Notes: generated by a model from the sequence alone, not told the origin. DNA of 28,229 nucleotides from Calditrichaceae bacterium (GCA_050178385.1 JBFXGD010000032.1:1-28229); one strand, 5' to 3'. Shown: positions 1-11,514, counted from the first letter of the stretch. A program made the numbers and translations.

Positions 1-1
1 C

Positions 2-961
2 GCGCATGGAACTCACTACGAGATAGATGATTTCTATGACGCCATGCTGGCAACGCATCCGACGGAAAGCTGGGGGGGAAACACATATCCTTCATTGGAT
101 GAAGATGAAGATACCTGCAATGTCATCCTGCATCTTGCTACCGTTACAAACGGTGAATTATCATATCGTTCCTACAAGAATCTTGAAGAAAAAGTCGGAT
201 TGCCGTTAGCTGATCTTGTGGAGAAATCCAGAGATGTGAGAGTGGGATACACCGATCTTCAGGCGCAGCCCCGGCGATTCGTAAACAGCCCCATGTGGTC
301 TGGCCTGGTAACGGACGGCAGAGCTTATTCTCCGTTCACCTATAATGTGGAAAGGGATGTGCCCTGGAGAACGTTGACGGGAAGACAGCATTTCTATCTT
401 GATCATCCCGGTTATATTCAATTCGGTGAACATCTGCCCACTTATAAACCGAAACCCTCACCATCACAATACGCGGATCTGACATTCAGTGATAAAGAAA
501 CAAAATCGATGATGCTGAATTATTTAACTCCGCACGGGAAATGGCATATTCATTCGACCTATGGGGACAACCACCGCATGACAACGCTTTCACGGGGTGT
601 TGAACCTTTCTGGATGAATGATAAGGACGCGGCCGAACTCAGCATCAATGACAACGACTGGGTTGAAGTGTATAACGACAACGGGGTTGTGGTAACGAGA
701 GCATGCGTCAGCGCCCGTATTCCAAGGGGAATTTGTATTCAGTATCATTCACCTGAGCGCACATTCTCGGTTCCAAAATCCCCCATGCGCGGAAATCGGC
801 GGGCTGGCGGACACAACAGTCTGACGAGGACCCGTTTGAAGCCCAATATGCTGGTTGGAGGATACGGGCAGTTTACATTTCATTTTAACTATTGGGGACC
901 TACGGGATCAAACAGGGATACACATATTCTGGTTCGAAAACTTCCCGAATTAAATTGGTAA
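2..961 (+). CDS. narG: Respiratory nitrate reductase / nitrite oxidoreductase alpha subunit, C-terminal part (5' truncated by window edge)
   Basis: Frame is open from position 2 to TAA at 961. NarG C-terminal motifs are present: [57 protein letters not shown]. Lies directly upstream of narH. Confidence 0.96.
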   Translation, partial: AHGTHYEIDDFYDAMLATHPTESWGGNTYPSLDEDEDTCNVILHLATVTNGELSYRSYKNLEEKVGLPLADLVEKSRDVRVGYTDLQAQPRRFVNSPMWSGLVTDGRAYSPFTYNVERDVPWRTLTGRQHFYLDHPGYIQFGEHLPTYKPKPSPSQYADLTFSDKETKSMMLNYLTPHGKWHIHSTYGDNHRMTTLSRGVEPFWMNDKDAAELSINDNDWVEVYNDNGVVVTRACVSARIPRGICIQYHSPERTFSVPKSPMRGNRRAGGHNSLTRTRLKPNMLVGGYGQFTFHFNYWGPTGSNRDTHILVRKLPELNW

Positions 962-985
962 TAACGATTCAAGAGGAAATATAAA

Positions 986-2476
986 ATGGATGTCAGATCG
1001 CAAATATCAATGGTTTTTCACCTCGATAAATGTATCGGGTGCCATACATGCAGCATCGCGTGTAAAAATATCTGGACCGACCGCAAGGGAACGGAGTACA
1101 TGTGGTGGAATAATGTTGAGACGAAACCGGGCACGGGATATCCGACAAAGTGGGAGGATCAGGAGAAATATAACGGAGGATGGCAGTTAAATAAGAACAA
1201 ACTCACGTTAAAGTCAACCGGAAAAGCGCGAATCGTCGCTAATATTTTTCATAATCCATCCATGCCGAGCATGGCGGATTATTATGAACCGTGGACATAT
1301 AAATATGATGAATTGTTCAACGCGCCGGAAGGGAATGATCAACCGACAGCCACGCCGGTTTCAATGGTTTCCGGTAAATACATAGATATCGAATCCGGAC
1401 CGAACTGGGATGATGATTTAAGCGGATCCCCCGTTTATGCCGAAAATGATCCAAACTTTACCGCGCTTACCGAAGAACAGAAAAGTCAGCTCTTTGCCAT
1501 TGAACGTCTGATGTTTTTTTATTTTCCGAGAATTTGTAATCATTGTATCAATCCGGCCTGTGTCGCTTCTTGTCCTTCTGGCGCGTTGTATAAGCGTGGT
1601 GAGGACGGAATTGTTCTTCTTGATCAGGAAAGATGCCGCGGCTGGCGGTCCTGTGTATCCGCCTGTCCGTATAAAAAGACATACTATAACTGGTCAACCG
1701 GTAAATCAGAAAAGTGTATTTTGTGTTTTCCGCGTATCGAAACGGGCCAGGCGCCTGCTTGTTTTCATTCCTGTGTGGGAAGAATCAGGTATCTCGGTGT
1801 TTTGCTTTATGACGCGGATAGGATTGATGAAACCGCGAAAAAAAGTGACAAGGAACTGGTTGAAGCGCAGCGTGATATGATATTGGATCCATTTGATCCT
1901 GAAGTCATAAAAGCGGCCCGGGAAAACGGCATCCATGATGATGTGATCAAATCCGCTCAAAAATCTCCGGTCTATAAATTTGTAAAAGAGTGGAAACTGG
2001 CTCTGCCACCGCATATTGAATACAGAACCTTGCCCATGTTGTTTTATGTGCCGCCAATGCTTCCTGTTATTTCAAGTTTTGACGGAAAAACAGTCAAAAA
2101 TGAAGCGGAAGGGCTTTTTCCTGATTTTGATAAAGCGCGCGCTCCGATCGAATACCTGGGTAAAATGTTTGCGGCGGGAAATAACAGTAAAATACGGTAT
2201 GTACTGAAAAAACAAATGGCAGTCCGGAATTATCGCCGGGCGGTCACAGTAGGTGATATTGAAATGAATGTGGCGGAGAAAATGCTCCTGGAAGCGGATT
2301 GCTCGGTGGCGGAAGCGGAATCCATATATAAGCTGACTTCTCTCTGTACCTTCAATGACCGGTTTGTTATTCCGCCGTCTCACAGGGAAGAGGCGATCGA
2401 AATGATGAAGGATCCACTAGAACATAAACAATCCGTTGGATTTGGATTCAGAGAAGAACCGAAGAGGGGATTATAA
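986..2476 (+). CDS. narH: Nitrate reductase / NXR beta (Fe-S) subunit
   Basis: Four Cys groups: CIGCHTCSIAC, CNHCINPACVASCP, CRGWRSCVSACP ([3Fe-4S]-type with Trp) and CILC...CFHSC. NNVETKPG motif; GAGG RBS. Confidence 0.97.
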   Translation: MDVRSQISMVFHLDKCIGCHTCSIACKNIWTDRKGTEYMWWNNVETKPGTGYPTKWEDQEKYNGGWQLNKNKLTLKSTGKARIVANIFHNPSMPSMADYYEPWTYKYDELFNAPEGNDQPTATPVSMVSGKYIDIESGPNWDDDLSGSPVYAENDPNFTALTEEQKSQLFAIERLMFFYFPRICNHCINPACVASCPSGALYKRGEDGIVLLDQERCRGWRSCVSACPYKKTYYNWSTGKSEKCILCFPRIETGQAPACFHSCVGRIRYLGVLLYDADRIDETAKKSDKELVEAQRDMILDPFDPEVIKAARENGIHDDVIKSAQKSPVYKFVKEWKLALPPHIEYRTLPMLFYVPPMLPVISSFDGKTVKNEAEGLFPDFDKARAPIEYLGKMFAAGNNSKIRYVLKKQMAVRNYRRAVTVGDIEMNVAEKMLLEADCSVAEAESIYKLTSLCTFNDRFVIPPSHREEAIEMMKDPLEHKQSVGFGFREEPKRGL

Positions 2477-3018
2477 TGAATAAGATGTTCAATTCATTTG
2501 CGGAAGTATTTTCTTATCCTGTGATAGACTATCAAAAAAATACAGCGGAGCTCGGAAAACAGATTGATGTTGATGAAGAAAATCGTCAAAAATATGATGA
2601 ATTTATAAAGTATGTTGAAAGAACCGAACTTTCTGATATCGAAGAGCTGTTTACCAGATCGTTTGATATGAATCCTTTAACCTGCCTGGAAATAGGATGG
2701 CATCTATACGGAGAAGATTATCAGCGCGGAGAATTTCTTGTCAAAATGAGACAATCGCTGGAAGAGTTCAAAATCACCGAGTCAGTCGAATTGCCGGATC
2801 ATCTCAGCCATTGTCTTAAATTGATGGCAGTGCTTGAGAGTGATGAGGTTCAGATTTTTTCGGAAAATTATCTCCTTCCGGCCATCGGGAAAATTCTAAA
2901 AAATTTCTCAGGTGATAATCCTTATAAACCGGTTATTGAAATTTTGAAATATGTAATTGATGAAAAATACGCCTCATCCGGAAAAATGTCCGGAGACAGA
3001 GTCTCAGCTCAAGTTTGA
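2476..3018 (+). CDS. narJ: Nitrate reductase molybdenum cofactor assembly chaperone (delta, TorD-like)
   Basis: Motifs LYGEDYQRG and ELPDHL. TAATG overlap with narH; sits between narH and narI. Confidence 0.9.
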   Translation: MNKMFNSFAEVFSYPVIDYQKNTAELGKQIDVDEENRQKYDEFIKYVERTELSDIEELFTRSFDMNPLTCLEIGWHLYGEDYQRGEFLVKMRQSLEEFKITESVELPDHLSHCLKLMAVLESDEVQIFSENYLLPAIGKILKNFSGDNPYKPVIEILKYVIDEKYASSGKMSGDRVSAQV

Positions 3019-3083
3019 TCCTGAGAATAAAAGTAAAAACTTAATTGGTAGAATCATTAAACCATAAGTATCAGGTGAAAATT

Positions 3084-3818
3084 ATGGCCCAAAATGCAGC
3101 TTTTTTTACATCATTGAATTTGTTCTGGTTCGCCGTACTTCCGTATGTCGCGCTCTTTACGTTTTTTGGCGTGACTATTTCTCGGTACAGAAAACACGGA
3201 TACAGCTATTCCAGTTTATCTTCCCAGTTTCTTGAAAACAGGGTTCATTTTTGGGGAATGGTTCCGTTTCACTACGGCATTATCACGCTTTTTTTCGGGC
3301 ATTTGATCGGTTTCCTGATCCCGTCACAGGTCCTGATTTGGAACAGCAATCCGCTCAGGCTTTATATCCTGGAGATAACCGCTTTTATAGCAGGTCTTTT
3401 TACACTGATCGGAATGGTCAATCTGTTTGCCCGCCGGCTGACAGACAGTAAGACAAAATCGGTGACAAGCCCGTTTGACTGGATTGTGCTGTCCATATTA
3501 TTCCTCCAGGTGATCACCGGTCTTTATACTGCTGTTTTTCACAGTTGGGGAAGCTCCTGGTTCGCGGCATCTATGACGCCGTACCTCTGGTCATTACTTA
3601 CTTTTACTCCCGATATCGCTTATGTGACACCAATGCCGATTATGGTTAAGCTTCATATTATAGGTAATTCTCTGATTGTCCTGTTATTCCCATTTACCAG
3701 GCTTGTTCATGTTCTGGTGGTTCCGAATCCGTATCTCTGGAGAAAACCGCAGCTTGTAAGGTGGAACTGGGACAGAAAAACAATTCGTACACCGGGATTT
3801 GTCATCAAACGTAAATAA
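3084..3818 (+). CDS. narI: Nitrate reductase gamma subunit (di-heme b membrane anchor)
   Basis: SSLSSQFLE motif. Heme-ligand His pairs in FHYGI...GHLIG and KLHI...FPFTRLVH; about 5 TM helices. ATG at 3084 after AGGTG is preferred over the ORF-track TTG at 3045. Confidence 0.93.
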   Translation: MAQNAAFFTSLNLFWFAVLPYVALFTFFGVTISRYRKHGYSYSSLSSQFLENRVHFWGMVPFHYGIITLFFGHLIGFLIPSQVLIWNSNPLRLYILEITAFIAGLFTLIGMVNLFARRLTDSKTKSVTSPFDWIVLSILFLQVITGLYTAVFHSWGSSWFAASMTPYLWSLLTFTPDIAYVTPMPIMVKLHIIGNSLIVLLFPFTRLVHVLVVPNPYLWRKPQLVRWNWDRKTIRTPGFVIKRK

Positions 3819-3839
3819 AGAACAGTATAAAGGAATCTT

Positions 3840-5174
3840 ATGAGACCCGATAAGCAGAACAGTTTACTTACCGGATCACCAATTAAAGCGTTATTTGGTA
3901 CGACAGCCGGTTTTTTTGTCGGATTTGCGGCGGTTTCGCTTTTTGGCCCGACCGCAAAGCTAATAAATCAGACGATGATGATGACATCCGTTCAGTTAGG
4001 CTTACTTGTGGCGATGCCGAATTTATCCGGTTCGCTGCTTCGTATTCCTTTTGGCGCCTGGGTTGATACGACCGGCGGAAGAAAACCATTCTTGATCCTG
4101 CTTCTATTGTCGTTTTTGGGTATGTCCGGTTTATTCATTCTGCTATATACAGTTGGTCCTGAAAATCTTAACATGAATCATTACCCTGTATTGCTGTTTC
4201 TGGCTCTATTTAGCGGATGCGGGATCGCGACATTTTCTGTGGGTATCGGGCAGGTATCCTATTGGTTTCCGAAACAGAAACAAGGCTGGGCGCTGGGAGC
4301 ATACGCAGGGTTCGGTAACATCGCCCCCGGTCTTTTTTCATTCCTTATTCCGCTGCTGATTGGGATTTTAGCATTAACCAATACGTATGCCGTTTGGCTG
4401 ATTGTGCTCGTCGCGGGGATTGTATTGTATTTCCTTTATGCCCCGAATGCTTTTTATTTTCAGATCCATAAAGAAGGCAAAGGAAAATCCGCCGGAGAAT
4501 CAAGGCATGTTGCTGCTGATGCCGGACAGGAAATTTTTCCACAGGGAGGCGTATTGGAGGGGCTGATCAAAGCGGCCTTAATCTGGAGAACATGGGCGCT
4601 TGTTTTTCTGTATTTCACGACTTTCGGTGGATTTCTGGCCCTTACTGTCTGGTTCCCGACATACTGGCAGGAATATTTCGGTACGGATCTGAAAACAGCC
4701 GGCGCGCTTACAATGCTATATTCGGTATTAGCGTCACTCGTAAGAGTCGCGGGTGGCAGCGCTTCTGACCGGTTTGGCGGTGTGCCTACCATCATATTTT
4801 CTATTACTACCATGATAATTGGAGCGGTTTTATTAATTTTTTCAAATATGACCATTCTCGCTATTACCGGTCTTATTCTGATGGCGGTTGGTATGGGGGT
4901 GAATAACGCCGGTGTATTTAAACTTGTGCCGCAGTATATCTCTGAGGCTGTCGGGGGAGGGGCCGGCTGGGTAGGCGGTTTAGGAGCTCTTGGCGGATTT
5001 CTTATCCCGCCTCTACTCGGATTTTTTGTTGAAAGCCAGGGCATTCAGGGCTACGCCAGCGGATTTTTTGTATTTGTCGGACTTGCTGCTTTGTCTCTTG
5101 TTGTAGTACTGTTCCTTAGAAAAACAGACATGACATCACAAGCTGAAGGTTTTGGACAGGTCGCCGAAAACTGA
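3840..5174 (+). CDS. narK: MFS nitrate/nitrite transporter (NarK family)
   Basis: About 12 hydrophobic segments. NNP-family Arg motifs GSLLRIPFG and ASLVRVAGG, plus YFTTFGGF and GGLGALGGF. Follows narI. Confidence 0.9.
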   Translation: MRPDKQNSLLTGSPIKALFGTTAGFFVGFAAVSLFGPTAKLINQTMMMTSVQLGLLVAMPNLSGSLLRIPFGAWVDTTGGRKPFLILLLLSFLGMSGLFILLYTVGPENLNMNHYPVLLFLALFSGCGIATFSVGIGQVSYWFPKQKQGWALGAYAGFGNIAPGLFSFLIPLLIGILALTNTYAVWLIVLVAGIVLYFLYAPNAFYFQIHKEGKGKSAGESRHVAADAGQEIFPQGGVLEGLIKAALIWRTWALVFLYFTTFGGFLALTVWFPTYWQEYFGTDLKTAGALTMLYSVLASLVRVAGGSASDRFGGVPTIIFSITTMIIGAVLLIFSNMTILAITGLILMAVGMGVNNAGVFKLVPQYISEAVGGGAGWVGGLGALGGFLIPPLLGFFVESQGIQGYASGFFVFVGLAALSLVVVLFLRKTDMTSQAEGFGQVAEN

Positions 5175-5214
5175 GAAATTTTAAATCGAAATGTGTATTC
5201 AGGAATGGTGAAAA

Positions 5215-5868
5215 ATGACTAACAGGAATATTGCTATTGTATTGATAATCGCCCTCTTCGCGGGGACGCTGATTTATATGAGCAGTGTTAATCTGAATCT
5301 GCCGGGAATCAGTCAGGGATACGCTCCGGAACAGCCAGTGGCATTTTCACACAGACTTCATAGCGGCGATTTGCAAATGGCCTGTACCTATTGCCATAAC
5401 GGCGCTGAACGAAGCAGATACGCGGTGATTCCCGATGCGGCAACATGCATGAATTGTCATCGGTTTGTAACATCAAGATGGGATAAAGTTAAAATTGAGG
5501 AACAGAAGGCGCAGGAAGAAAACAGGCCTGCAAAACTGATTGTTTCTGACCAGTTACAAAAAGTCTATGACGCGGTCGGCTTTTCTACCGATGAGATGAA
5601 ATATATGGGAGAAACCGGACAGCCAATCGAATGGGTTCGTGTCTATAAAGTTCCCGATTTTGTATTCTTTGATCACCGCAGGCATGTTAATGGCGGTGTG
5701 GCGTGTCAGACCTGTCACGGACCTGTTGAAACCATGGAAAAAGTCACACAAATCCCTGATTTGACCATGGGATGGTGCGTGAATTGTCACAGGGATGTCA
5801 ATAACGGACTCGTTCCGGAATTGAAAGGTAAATATGCTTCAACAAGCTGTACGGTTTGCCATTATTAA
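5215..5868 (+). CDS. actA: Alternative Complex III pentaheme cytochrome c subunit (cytochrome c3-like, N-terminal TM anchor)
   Basis: Five CxxCH motifs (CTYCH, CMNCH, CQTCH, CVNCH, CTVCH). Typical ActA motifs GYAPEQPVAFSHRLH, PDFVFFDH and MGWCVNCHR. Confidence 0.92.
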   Translation: MTNRNIAIVLIIALFAGTLIYMSSVNLNLPGISQGYAPEQPVAFSHRLHSGDLQMACTYCHNGAERSRYAVIPDAATCMNCHRFVTSRWDKVKIEEQKAQEENRPAKLIVSDQLQKVYDAVGFSTDEMKYMGETGQPIEWVRVYKVPDFVFFDHRRHVNGGVACQTCHGPVETMEKVTQIPDLTMGWCVNCHRDVNNGLVPELKGKYASTSCTVCHY

Positions 5869-5925
5869 ATGTTCGATACATGGATAAATTGAACTATTAA
5901 GAAAAAAAAATAACGGAAAATAAGC

Positions 5926-8900
5926 ATGTCAACTGATCAGGAAAAGAAATACTGGAAGGGTATTGAAGAAAGAGAAAATACCAAAGAATTTCAGGAAACA
6001 CTTGAAACTGAATTCCCTGAACCGGTATCGTTGAGCAAATTTCTTGAAAAAGATTCAAAACTGGCAAAATCCGGATTATCACGCCGGTCTTTCTTAAGAG
6101 CAGCCGGTTTTACCGTTACAGGTTCGATTTTGGCTTCCTGTGTTAAGGGGCCGGTTGAGAAAGCGATTCCGCTGCTGAACCGACAGGAAGAAGTTGTTCC
6201 GGGTGAGGCATACTGGTACGCTTCAACCTGCAGAGGCTGCGAAGCCTCCTGCGGAATTTTGACAAAAAATAGTGACGGCAGGCCGGTGAAAATTGAAGGC
6301 AATCCTGAGCATCCGATTTCAAAAGGCGGTGTCTGCGCTGTTGGGCAGGCGTTGATTCTTGGTCTCTATGATTCACAGAGACTGCAAAAGCCGATGCGCG
6401 CCGGTATTCCTGTCGAGTGGTCGGTGATTGATAGGGATATTACGTCAGAACTCAAGAATATCAACGACGGTGTTTATTTTTTGACGGGCACGCTGGCAAG
6501 TCAAACGACCGGCGCAATGATCGCCCGATTTTTAGAAAGATATAAGAAGAGCGGGCATATTGAATATGATCCTGTTTCATATTCCGCGATCCTTGATGCG
6601 CATGAAAAAACATTTGGCAATAGGATCCTTCCACATTACCGGTTTGATCTCGCTGACGTGATTGTAAGTTTTGACGCGGATTTCCTGGGTACATGGATCT
6701 CTCCCGTAGAGTTTACCAAAGCATATACATCGAAGAGAAGACCGGATGAGTCCGTTAACGGATATTCTTATCATATTCAGTTTGAGGGCCGGATGTCATT
6801 GACGGGCTCAAATGCCGACCGGAGAGTGACCGTTACGCAAGATGAGAGCGTTATTACATTAATGGCAATCGCTGAAATATTATCAAAAAAATCCGGTACA
6901 GAGGCTTTGCCATGGAATTCTGTTGAGCCGACCACAAAAGTAGATCGTGAACAGATTGATGATCTTGCGGATACCCTTTGGGAATCGAAGGGGAGAAGTC
7001 TTATCATAAGCGGAATGAATGATACTGAGACGCAGTCGGTGGTAAATTATATAAATTTCCTTCTTGGCAATTATGGCAAAACGATTGAAACGGATAATCC
7101 TTCCTATCAGTGGCGGGGAAATGACCGGGCCTTTCAGGAACTAGTTGAAAAAATGGAAACCGGTGAAGTAAAGGCACTGATTTTGTCTGATGTAAATCCG
7201 GTATACAGTTATCCCGATCAGCAGAGATTTATAAAAGCGCTCAAAAATGTACCGTTAACCATTTCCTTCAGCGATCATCATGATGAGACATCCGAATTGG
7301 TCAGATATGTCTGCCCGCCGGATCATCCGCTTGAATCCTGGGATGATTTCAGGATCACGGGAAGTGTTATCGGTATGTCACAGCCGGTAATCCCAAAACT
7401 GGGAGATACCCGTTCATTACGCAAGTGTCTGGCGATGTGGATGAATGACACCCGGGCAGATTTGGAGATCATGCAGGAGTATTGGAAAAAAAACTTGTTC
7501 AGGATGCAGAATCAGGAACCGGATTTTCAAAAATTTTGGGATAAATCGGTTCATGACGGATTTGCGAATCTGCAACAGAAAACTGTCAGGTTGAGCGATT
7601 TCCGGATGGGAACACTGACTCGACCGGAAATTATGAATGCGGAAAATGAAGACGGATTTGAACTTGTGCTCTATCAAAAAATCGGGATGCTGGACGGGCG
7701 CAACGCTCATAATCCCTGGCTGCATGAACTGCCTGATCCGATCACTAAAGTTGTATGGGATAATTACGCCTGTATGGCTCCGGCCACGGCCGGCGAATTA
7801 GAGGTTGAACAGGGAGATGTGGTCAGTTTGACCATGCATGACAGGGAGATTAAACTCCCGGTTCTTCTGCAGCCCGGGCAGCATAAAAATGTTATATCTG
7901 TCGCGCTGGGTTACGGGCGAAAAGGAACGGACCGTTTTTCGGAAATAGGGCCGCAATGGCTGGAGAGCCGTCTGACGGTTGAGAAGGGCGGGACGGTTGG
8001 AAAGAACAGCTTTATCTTTGTAACCAGCCGGAACCGGAATTTTTTCTATTCAGGCCGTGTGACAGTCAATCCGACGGGTGAAAGCGCGCATCTTGCGCTC
8101 ACTCAAACACATCAGACGATTACGGAACCGAAAAACCTGGGCGGGCATCGCCGCAATATGGTTCGTGAAACGGTTGTATCGGAATTTAAAAATGATCCCT
8201 CTTCCGGAAATCATTTTGAACATGAAAGTCTGCAATTGTGGGAGAATGATCATGTCTATACCGGTTATCACTGGGGTATGAGCATTGATCTCAACCGGTG
8301 TACAGGATGTTCCGCCTGTGTGATCAGTTGTCAGGCTGAAAATAATATACAGGTTGTAGGAAAAGACGAGGTGTACCGCAGGCGGGAAATGCACTGGATC
8401 CGGATCGATCGTTATTATTCCGGAGATGACGGCGATGTTGATGTGCTGCATCAACCGGTCATGTGCCAGCATTGTGATCACGCGCCCTGCGAAGGAGTTT
8501 GTCCTGTTCTGGCGACCGTTCACAGCGATGAGGGAATCAATCAGCAAATATATAACCGGTGCGTTGGAACCCGGTATTGCGCGAACAACTGTCCTTATAA
8601 GGTTCGCAGATTCAATTGGTTTGAATATCTGACTGAGGAGAAGAAAGAAAATCTTGTCCTGAATCCCGACGTCACGACACGTTCAAGAGGCGTAATGGAA
8701 AAATGTTCTCTTTGCGTACAACGAATTCAGGATGTAAAAGCGAAAGCAAAACGGGAAAACAGACCGATCGCTGATGGTGAAATTAAGGTCGCCTGTCAGC
8801 AGTCATGCCCGGCGGATGCCATTGTTTTCGGGGATAAATTAAACCCGGAAAGCCGCATCGCAAAAATCAAAGTGAATCCTCGACATTACCATATGTTGGA

Positions 8901-8976
8901 AGAATTGAATTTCCGGCCAAATGTCGGATATATGACCAAGGTGCGTAATGATAATAAATTAGACGGAGAGGTTTAA
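5926..8976 (+). CDS. actB: Alternative Complex III subunit B (Tat-exported molybdopterin-oxidoreductase-like domain fused to a 4Fe-4S ferredoxin domain)
   Basis: KYWKG N-terminus, Tat motif SRRSFLR and lipobox-like [17 protein letters not shown] and [13 protein letters not shown] motifs. C-terminal Fe-S motifs [37 protein letters not shown] and CSLC..CQQSCP. Confidence 0.94.
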   Translation: MSTDQEKKYWKGIEERENTKEFQETLETEFPEPVSLSKFLEKDSKLAKSGLSRRSFLRAAGFTVTGSILASCVKGPVEKAIPLLNRQEEVVPGEAYWYASTCRGCEASCGILTKNSDGRPVKIEGNPEHPISKGGVCAVGQALILGLYDSQRLQKPMRAGIPVEWSVIDRDITSELKNINDGVYFLTGTLASQTTGAMIARFLERYKKSGHIEYDPVSYSAILDAHEKTFGNRILPHYRFDLADVIVSFDADFLGTWISPVEFTKAYTSKRRPDESVNGYSYHIQFEGRMSLTGSNADRRVTVTQDESVITLMAIAEILSKKSGTEALPWNSVEPTTKVDREQIDDLADTLWESKGRSLIISGMNDTETQSVVNYINFLLGNYGKTIETDNPSYQWRGNDRAFQELVEKMETGEVKALILSDVNPVYSYPDQQRFIKALKNVPLTISFSDHHDETSELVRYVCPPDHPLESWDDFRITGSVIGMSQPVIPKLGDTRSLRKCLAMWMNDTRADLEIMQEYWKKNLFRMQNQEPDFQKFWDKSVHDGFANLQQKTVRLSDFRMGTLTRPEIMNAENEDGFELVLYQKIGMLDGRNAHNPWLHELPDPITKVVWDNYACMAPATAGELEVEQGDVVSLTMHDREIKLPVLLQPGQHKNVISVALGYGRKGTDRFSEIGPQWLESRLTVEKGGTVGKNSFIFVTSRNRNFFYSGRVTVNPTGESAHLALTQTHQTITEPKNLGGHRRNMVRETVVSEFKNDPSSGNHFEHESLQLWENDHVYTGYHWGMSIDLNRCTGCSACVISCQAENNIQVVGKDEVYRRREMHWIRIDRYYSGDDGDVDVLHQPVMCQHCDHAPCEGVCPVLATVHSDEGINQQIYNRCVGTRYCANNCPYKVRRFNWFEYLTEEKKENLVLNPDVTTRSRGVMEKCSLCVQRIQDVKAKAKRENRPIADGEIKVACQQSCPADAIVFGDKLNPESRIAKIKVNPRHYHMLEELNFRPNVGYMTKVRNDNKLDGEV

Positions 8977-8980
8977 CAGC

Positions 8981-10399
8981 ATGTCCATGACCTATTCGGC
9001 ACTTAGAAAGCCAATAATTGAAGGAAATAAATCCCTCAAACAGGTAACAGACGATATCTCGAAGCCTCTGGAAAAAAAGCCGACAAAATTATGGTGGATC
9101 GCTTTTATTTCAGCTTCTTCATTTCTGATGCTGGGTATCGCGGCCGTCAGTTATCAGATCAAAGTCGGGATCGGAACCTGGGGTCTTAACAAGACAGTGG
9201 GCTGGGCGTTTGATATCACTAATTTTGTTTTCTGGGTTGGAATCGGTCACGCCGGCACATTGATTTCCGCTATCCTGTTTCTATTTAGGCAACGATGGCG
9301 AACTTCGATCAACCGCTCAGCCGAGGCAATGACTTTGATCGCCGTTATGTGCGCGGGCATCTTTCCGTTAATACATATGGGACGGCCTTGGTTTTTTTAC
9401 TGGATCGCGCCATACCCGAATTTCAGAGGTCCGCTTTGGGTGAATTTCCGTTCACCGTTATTGTGGGATTTTTTCGCGATAAGCACATATTTTACGATCT
9501 CGGCGGTATTCTGGTATATCGGATTGATACCGGACATGGCGACTCTCCGGGACAGAGCGAAAACAAAGATCAGAAAAATGGTTTACACCATCATGAGTTT
9601 TGGGTGGAACGGATCCATGCGCACCTGGCATCGTTATGAAACCACCTATATGCTTCTTGCCGCCCTGGCGACTCCTCTTGTATTGTCGGTGCATTCAATT
9701 GTGAGCATGGATTTTGCCACATCGGTCATTCCGGGATGGCACACCACTATTTTTCCACCATATTTTGTCGCGGGCGCTGTGTTTTCAGGTTTCGCCATGG
9801 TGCTGACTTTAATGATTATCGCGAGGAAAGTGCTCAACTACGAAGAATATATCACTCTGAATCATCTGGAAAAAATGAGTAAAATCATCATCGTGACCGG
9901 TGGAATCGTTGCCTTCTCCTATGCGACCGAAATGTTTATGGCATGGTATTCGGTCAATGAATATGAACGGTTTGTGTTCATAAATCGAGCCTTTGGGCCT
10001 TACGCCTGGGCGTACTGGACCATGGTGACGTGTAATGTTTTTATTCCTCAGTTATTCTGGTTTAAAAAGATCAGAACGAATCTCGTGACCCTGTTTATTA
10101 TCTCAATCGTAATTAATATAGGGATGTGGTTTGAAAGGTTTGTAATAATAGTCACGTCTTTGCACAGGGATTTTTTGCCTTCGAGCTGGGCTATGTACGC
10201 TCCAACAAGTATAGAAATCGCGACGCTGCTCGGTAGTTTTGGTTTGTTTTTTACCGTATTCCTTCTGTTTGCCCGATTCCTTCCTTTTATCGCCATTGGA
10301 GAGGTGAAGGGAGTATTGACTTACGGCAGGAGGAGAGAAAATAAAGAAACAGAGAAATCGGTTGAAGTTCCGATGGCAGCCGAAACTGAATCTGTATGA
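8981..10399 (+). CDS. actC: Alternative Complex III subunit C (NrfD/PsrC-family quinol-binding membrane subunit)
   Basis: Motifs [61 protein letters not shown] and GMWFERF. Confidence 0.95.
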   Translation: MSMTYSALRKPIIEGNKSLKQVTDDISKPLEKKPTKLWWIAFISASSFLMLGIAAVSYQIKVGIGTWGLNKTVGWAFDITNFVFWVGIGHAGTLISAILFLFRQRWRTSINRSAEAMTLIAVMCAGIFPLIHMGRPWFFYWIAPYPNFRGPLWVNFRSPLLWDFFAISTYFTISAVFWYIGLIPDMATLRDRAKTKIRKMVYTIMSFGWNGSMRTWHRYETTYMLLAALATPLVLSVHSIVSMDFATSVIPGWHTTIFPPYFVAGAVFSGFAMVLTLMIIARKVLNYEEYITLNHLEKMSKIIIVTGGIVAFSYATEMFMAWYSVNEYERFVFINRAFGPYAWAYWTMVTCNVFIPQLFWFKKIRTNLVTLFIISIVINIGMWFERFVIIVTSLHRDFLPSSWAMYAPTSIEIATLLGSFGLFFTVFLLFARFLPFIAIGEVKGVLTYGRRRENKETEKSVEVPMAAETESV

Positions 10400-10423
10400 T
10401 TTTGATCTGAGAGAGGTAGATAG

Positions 10424-10951
10424 ATGAAAAATCCGTTATTGTTGGGGATATTTGCTGATGAAGATGATATCATCAGGGCCACGCGGGCCACTCGGTCAGC
10501 CGGTTATGACATTTTTGACGTCTATACTCCCTATGCGGTTCATGGGCTGGATGAAGCCATGGGGCTCAAACCGAGTAAGTTGACATGGGTTTGTTTAATC
10601 TCAGCGGCATTGGGATTATTACTGGCGGTTTATACGCAGTTTTGGATTGGATCGATTGACTGGCCGCTTAATGTTGGCGGAAAACCATTCAACTCGCTTC
10701 CGGCTTATTTGCCGGTAATGTTCGAAATGACGATCCTGGTCGGTGGACTGGGGGTGGTCTTTATGTTGCTCTTCAGAACAAAGCTTTATCCCGGAAATTT
10801 AAAAAAGCTTGTGGATAATCAGGTGACTGATGATCATTTTGTACTTGCTCTGGAAGAAAAAAACGCATCCTATGATGCGGAAATACTAAAAAATCTATGG
10901 GAACAGTATCATGTCATAGATATCAGGGAGTATATGGAGGCCGGTAAGTGA
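10424..10951 (+). CDS. actD: Alternative Complex III subunit D (DUF3341)
   Basis: Motifs DVYTPYAVHGLDEAMG, DWPLNVGGKP and P..FEMTIL; two TM helices. Confidence 0.92.
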   Translation: MKNPLLLGIFADEDDIIRATRATRSAGYDIFDVYTPYAVHGLDEAMGLKPSKLTWVCLISAALGLLLAVYTQFWIGSIDWPLNVGGKPFNSLPAYLPVMFEMTILVGGLGVVFMLLFRTKLYPGNLKKLVDNQVTDDHFVLALEEKNASYDAEILKNLWEQYHVIDIREYMEAGK

Positions 10952-11514
10952 AGAAGCTATTCGGAGTTACCATTATCATAGTTGGTACATTATTTGTTCT
11001 AAGGATTTTATTAGGGCAGGACCCTGAAAAACGTAACCGGGATTATTATCCGGATATGGCAAAAACGTACGCATATAAATCCCAGACTCCCAATCCTTTT
11101 TTTAACAACGGTCAGACACAGCAAAAAACTGTAGAAGGAACAATTCCAAGGGGTATGATGCCGCTCCATTACGGCGCTTCAGCGGAGGAAGCTTTCCGCG
11201 CGGGTGATGAGTTGTTAAATCCTTTCGGTCCGGACAACCTGGCCGATTTAGCGAGGGGGCAGGTAGTATATCAAACATTTTGTCAGATGTGTCATGGGCC
11301 TGGTGGGAAGGGAGACGGTCTTGTGGTTCAGAGAGGGTATCCGCCTCCGCCATCATTACTGCTTGACAGGATCAGACTTATGAAAGATGGACAGATTTTT
11401 CATACAATCACGTTTGGTTTTAACAATATGCCGCCCTACGCGACACAAATTGAAAGATTTGATCGCTGGCAGGTGATAGCATATATAAGAAAATTACAAG
11501 AGAGTCAGCTATGA
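10948..11514 (+). CDS. actE: Alternative Complex III monoheme cytochrome c subunit E
   Basis: GTG start overlapping the actD stop (GTGA). PDM and VEGTIPRG motifs; single CQMCH; distal Met region DGQIFHTITFG..NMP. Confidence 0.9.
   Translation: MKKLFGVTIIIVGTLFVLRILLGQDPEKRNRDYYPDMAKTYAYKSQTPNPFFNNGQTQQKTVEGTIPRGMMPLHYGASAEEAFRAGDELLNPFGPDNLADLARGQVVYQTFCQMCHGPGGKGDGLVVQRGYPPPPSLLLDRIRLMKDGQIFHTITFGFNNMPPYATQIERFDRWQVIAYIRKLQESQL

Noticed and set aside
4460..5044. 194-aa antisense ORF in narK, and the many other 60-165 aa nested ORFs in the track
   Set aside because: They lie within or largely overlap well-supported genes and show no recognisable motifs; these are typical shadow ORFs.
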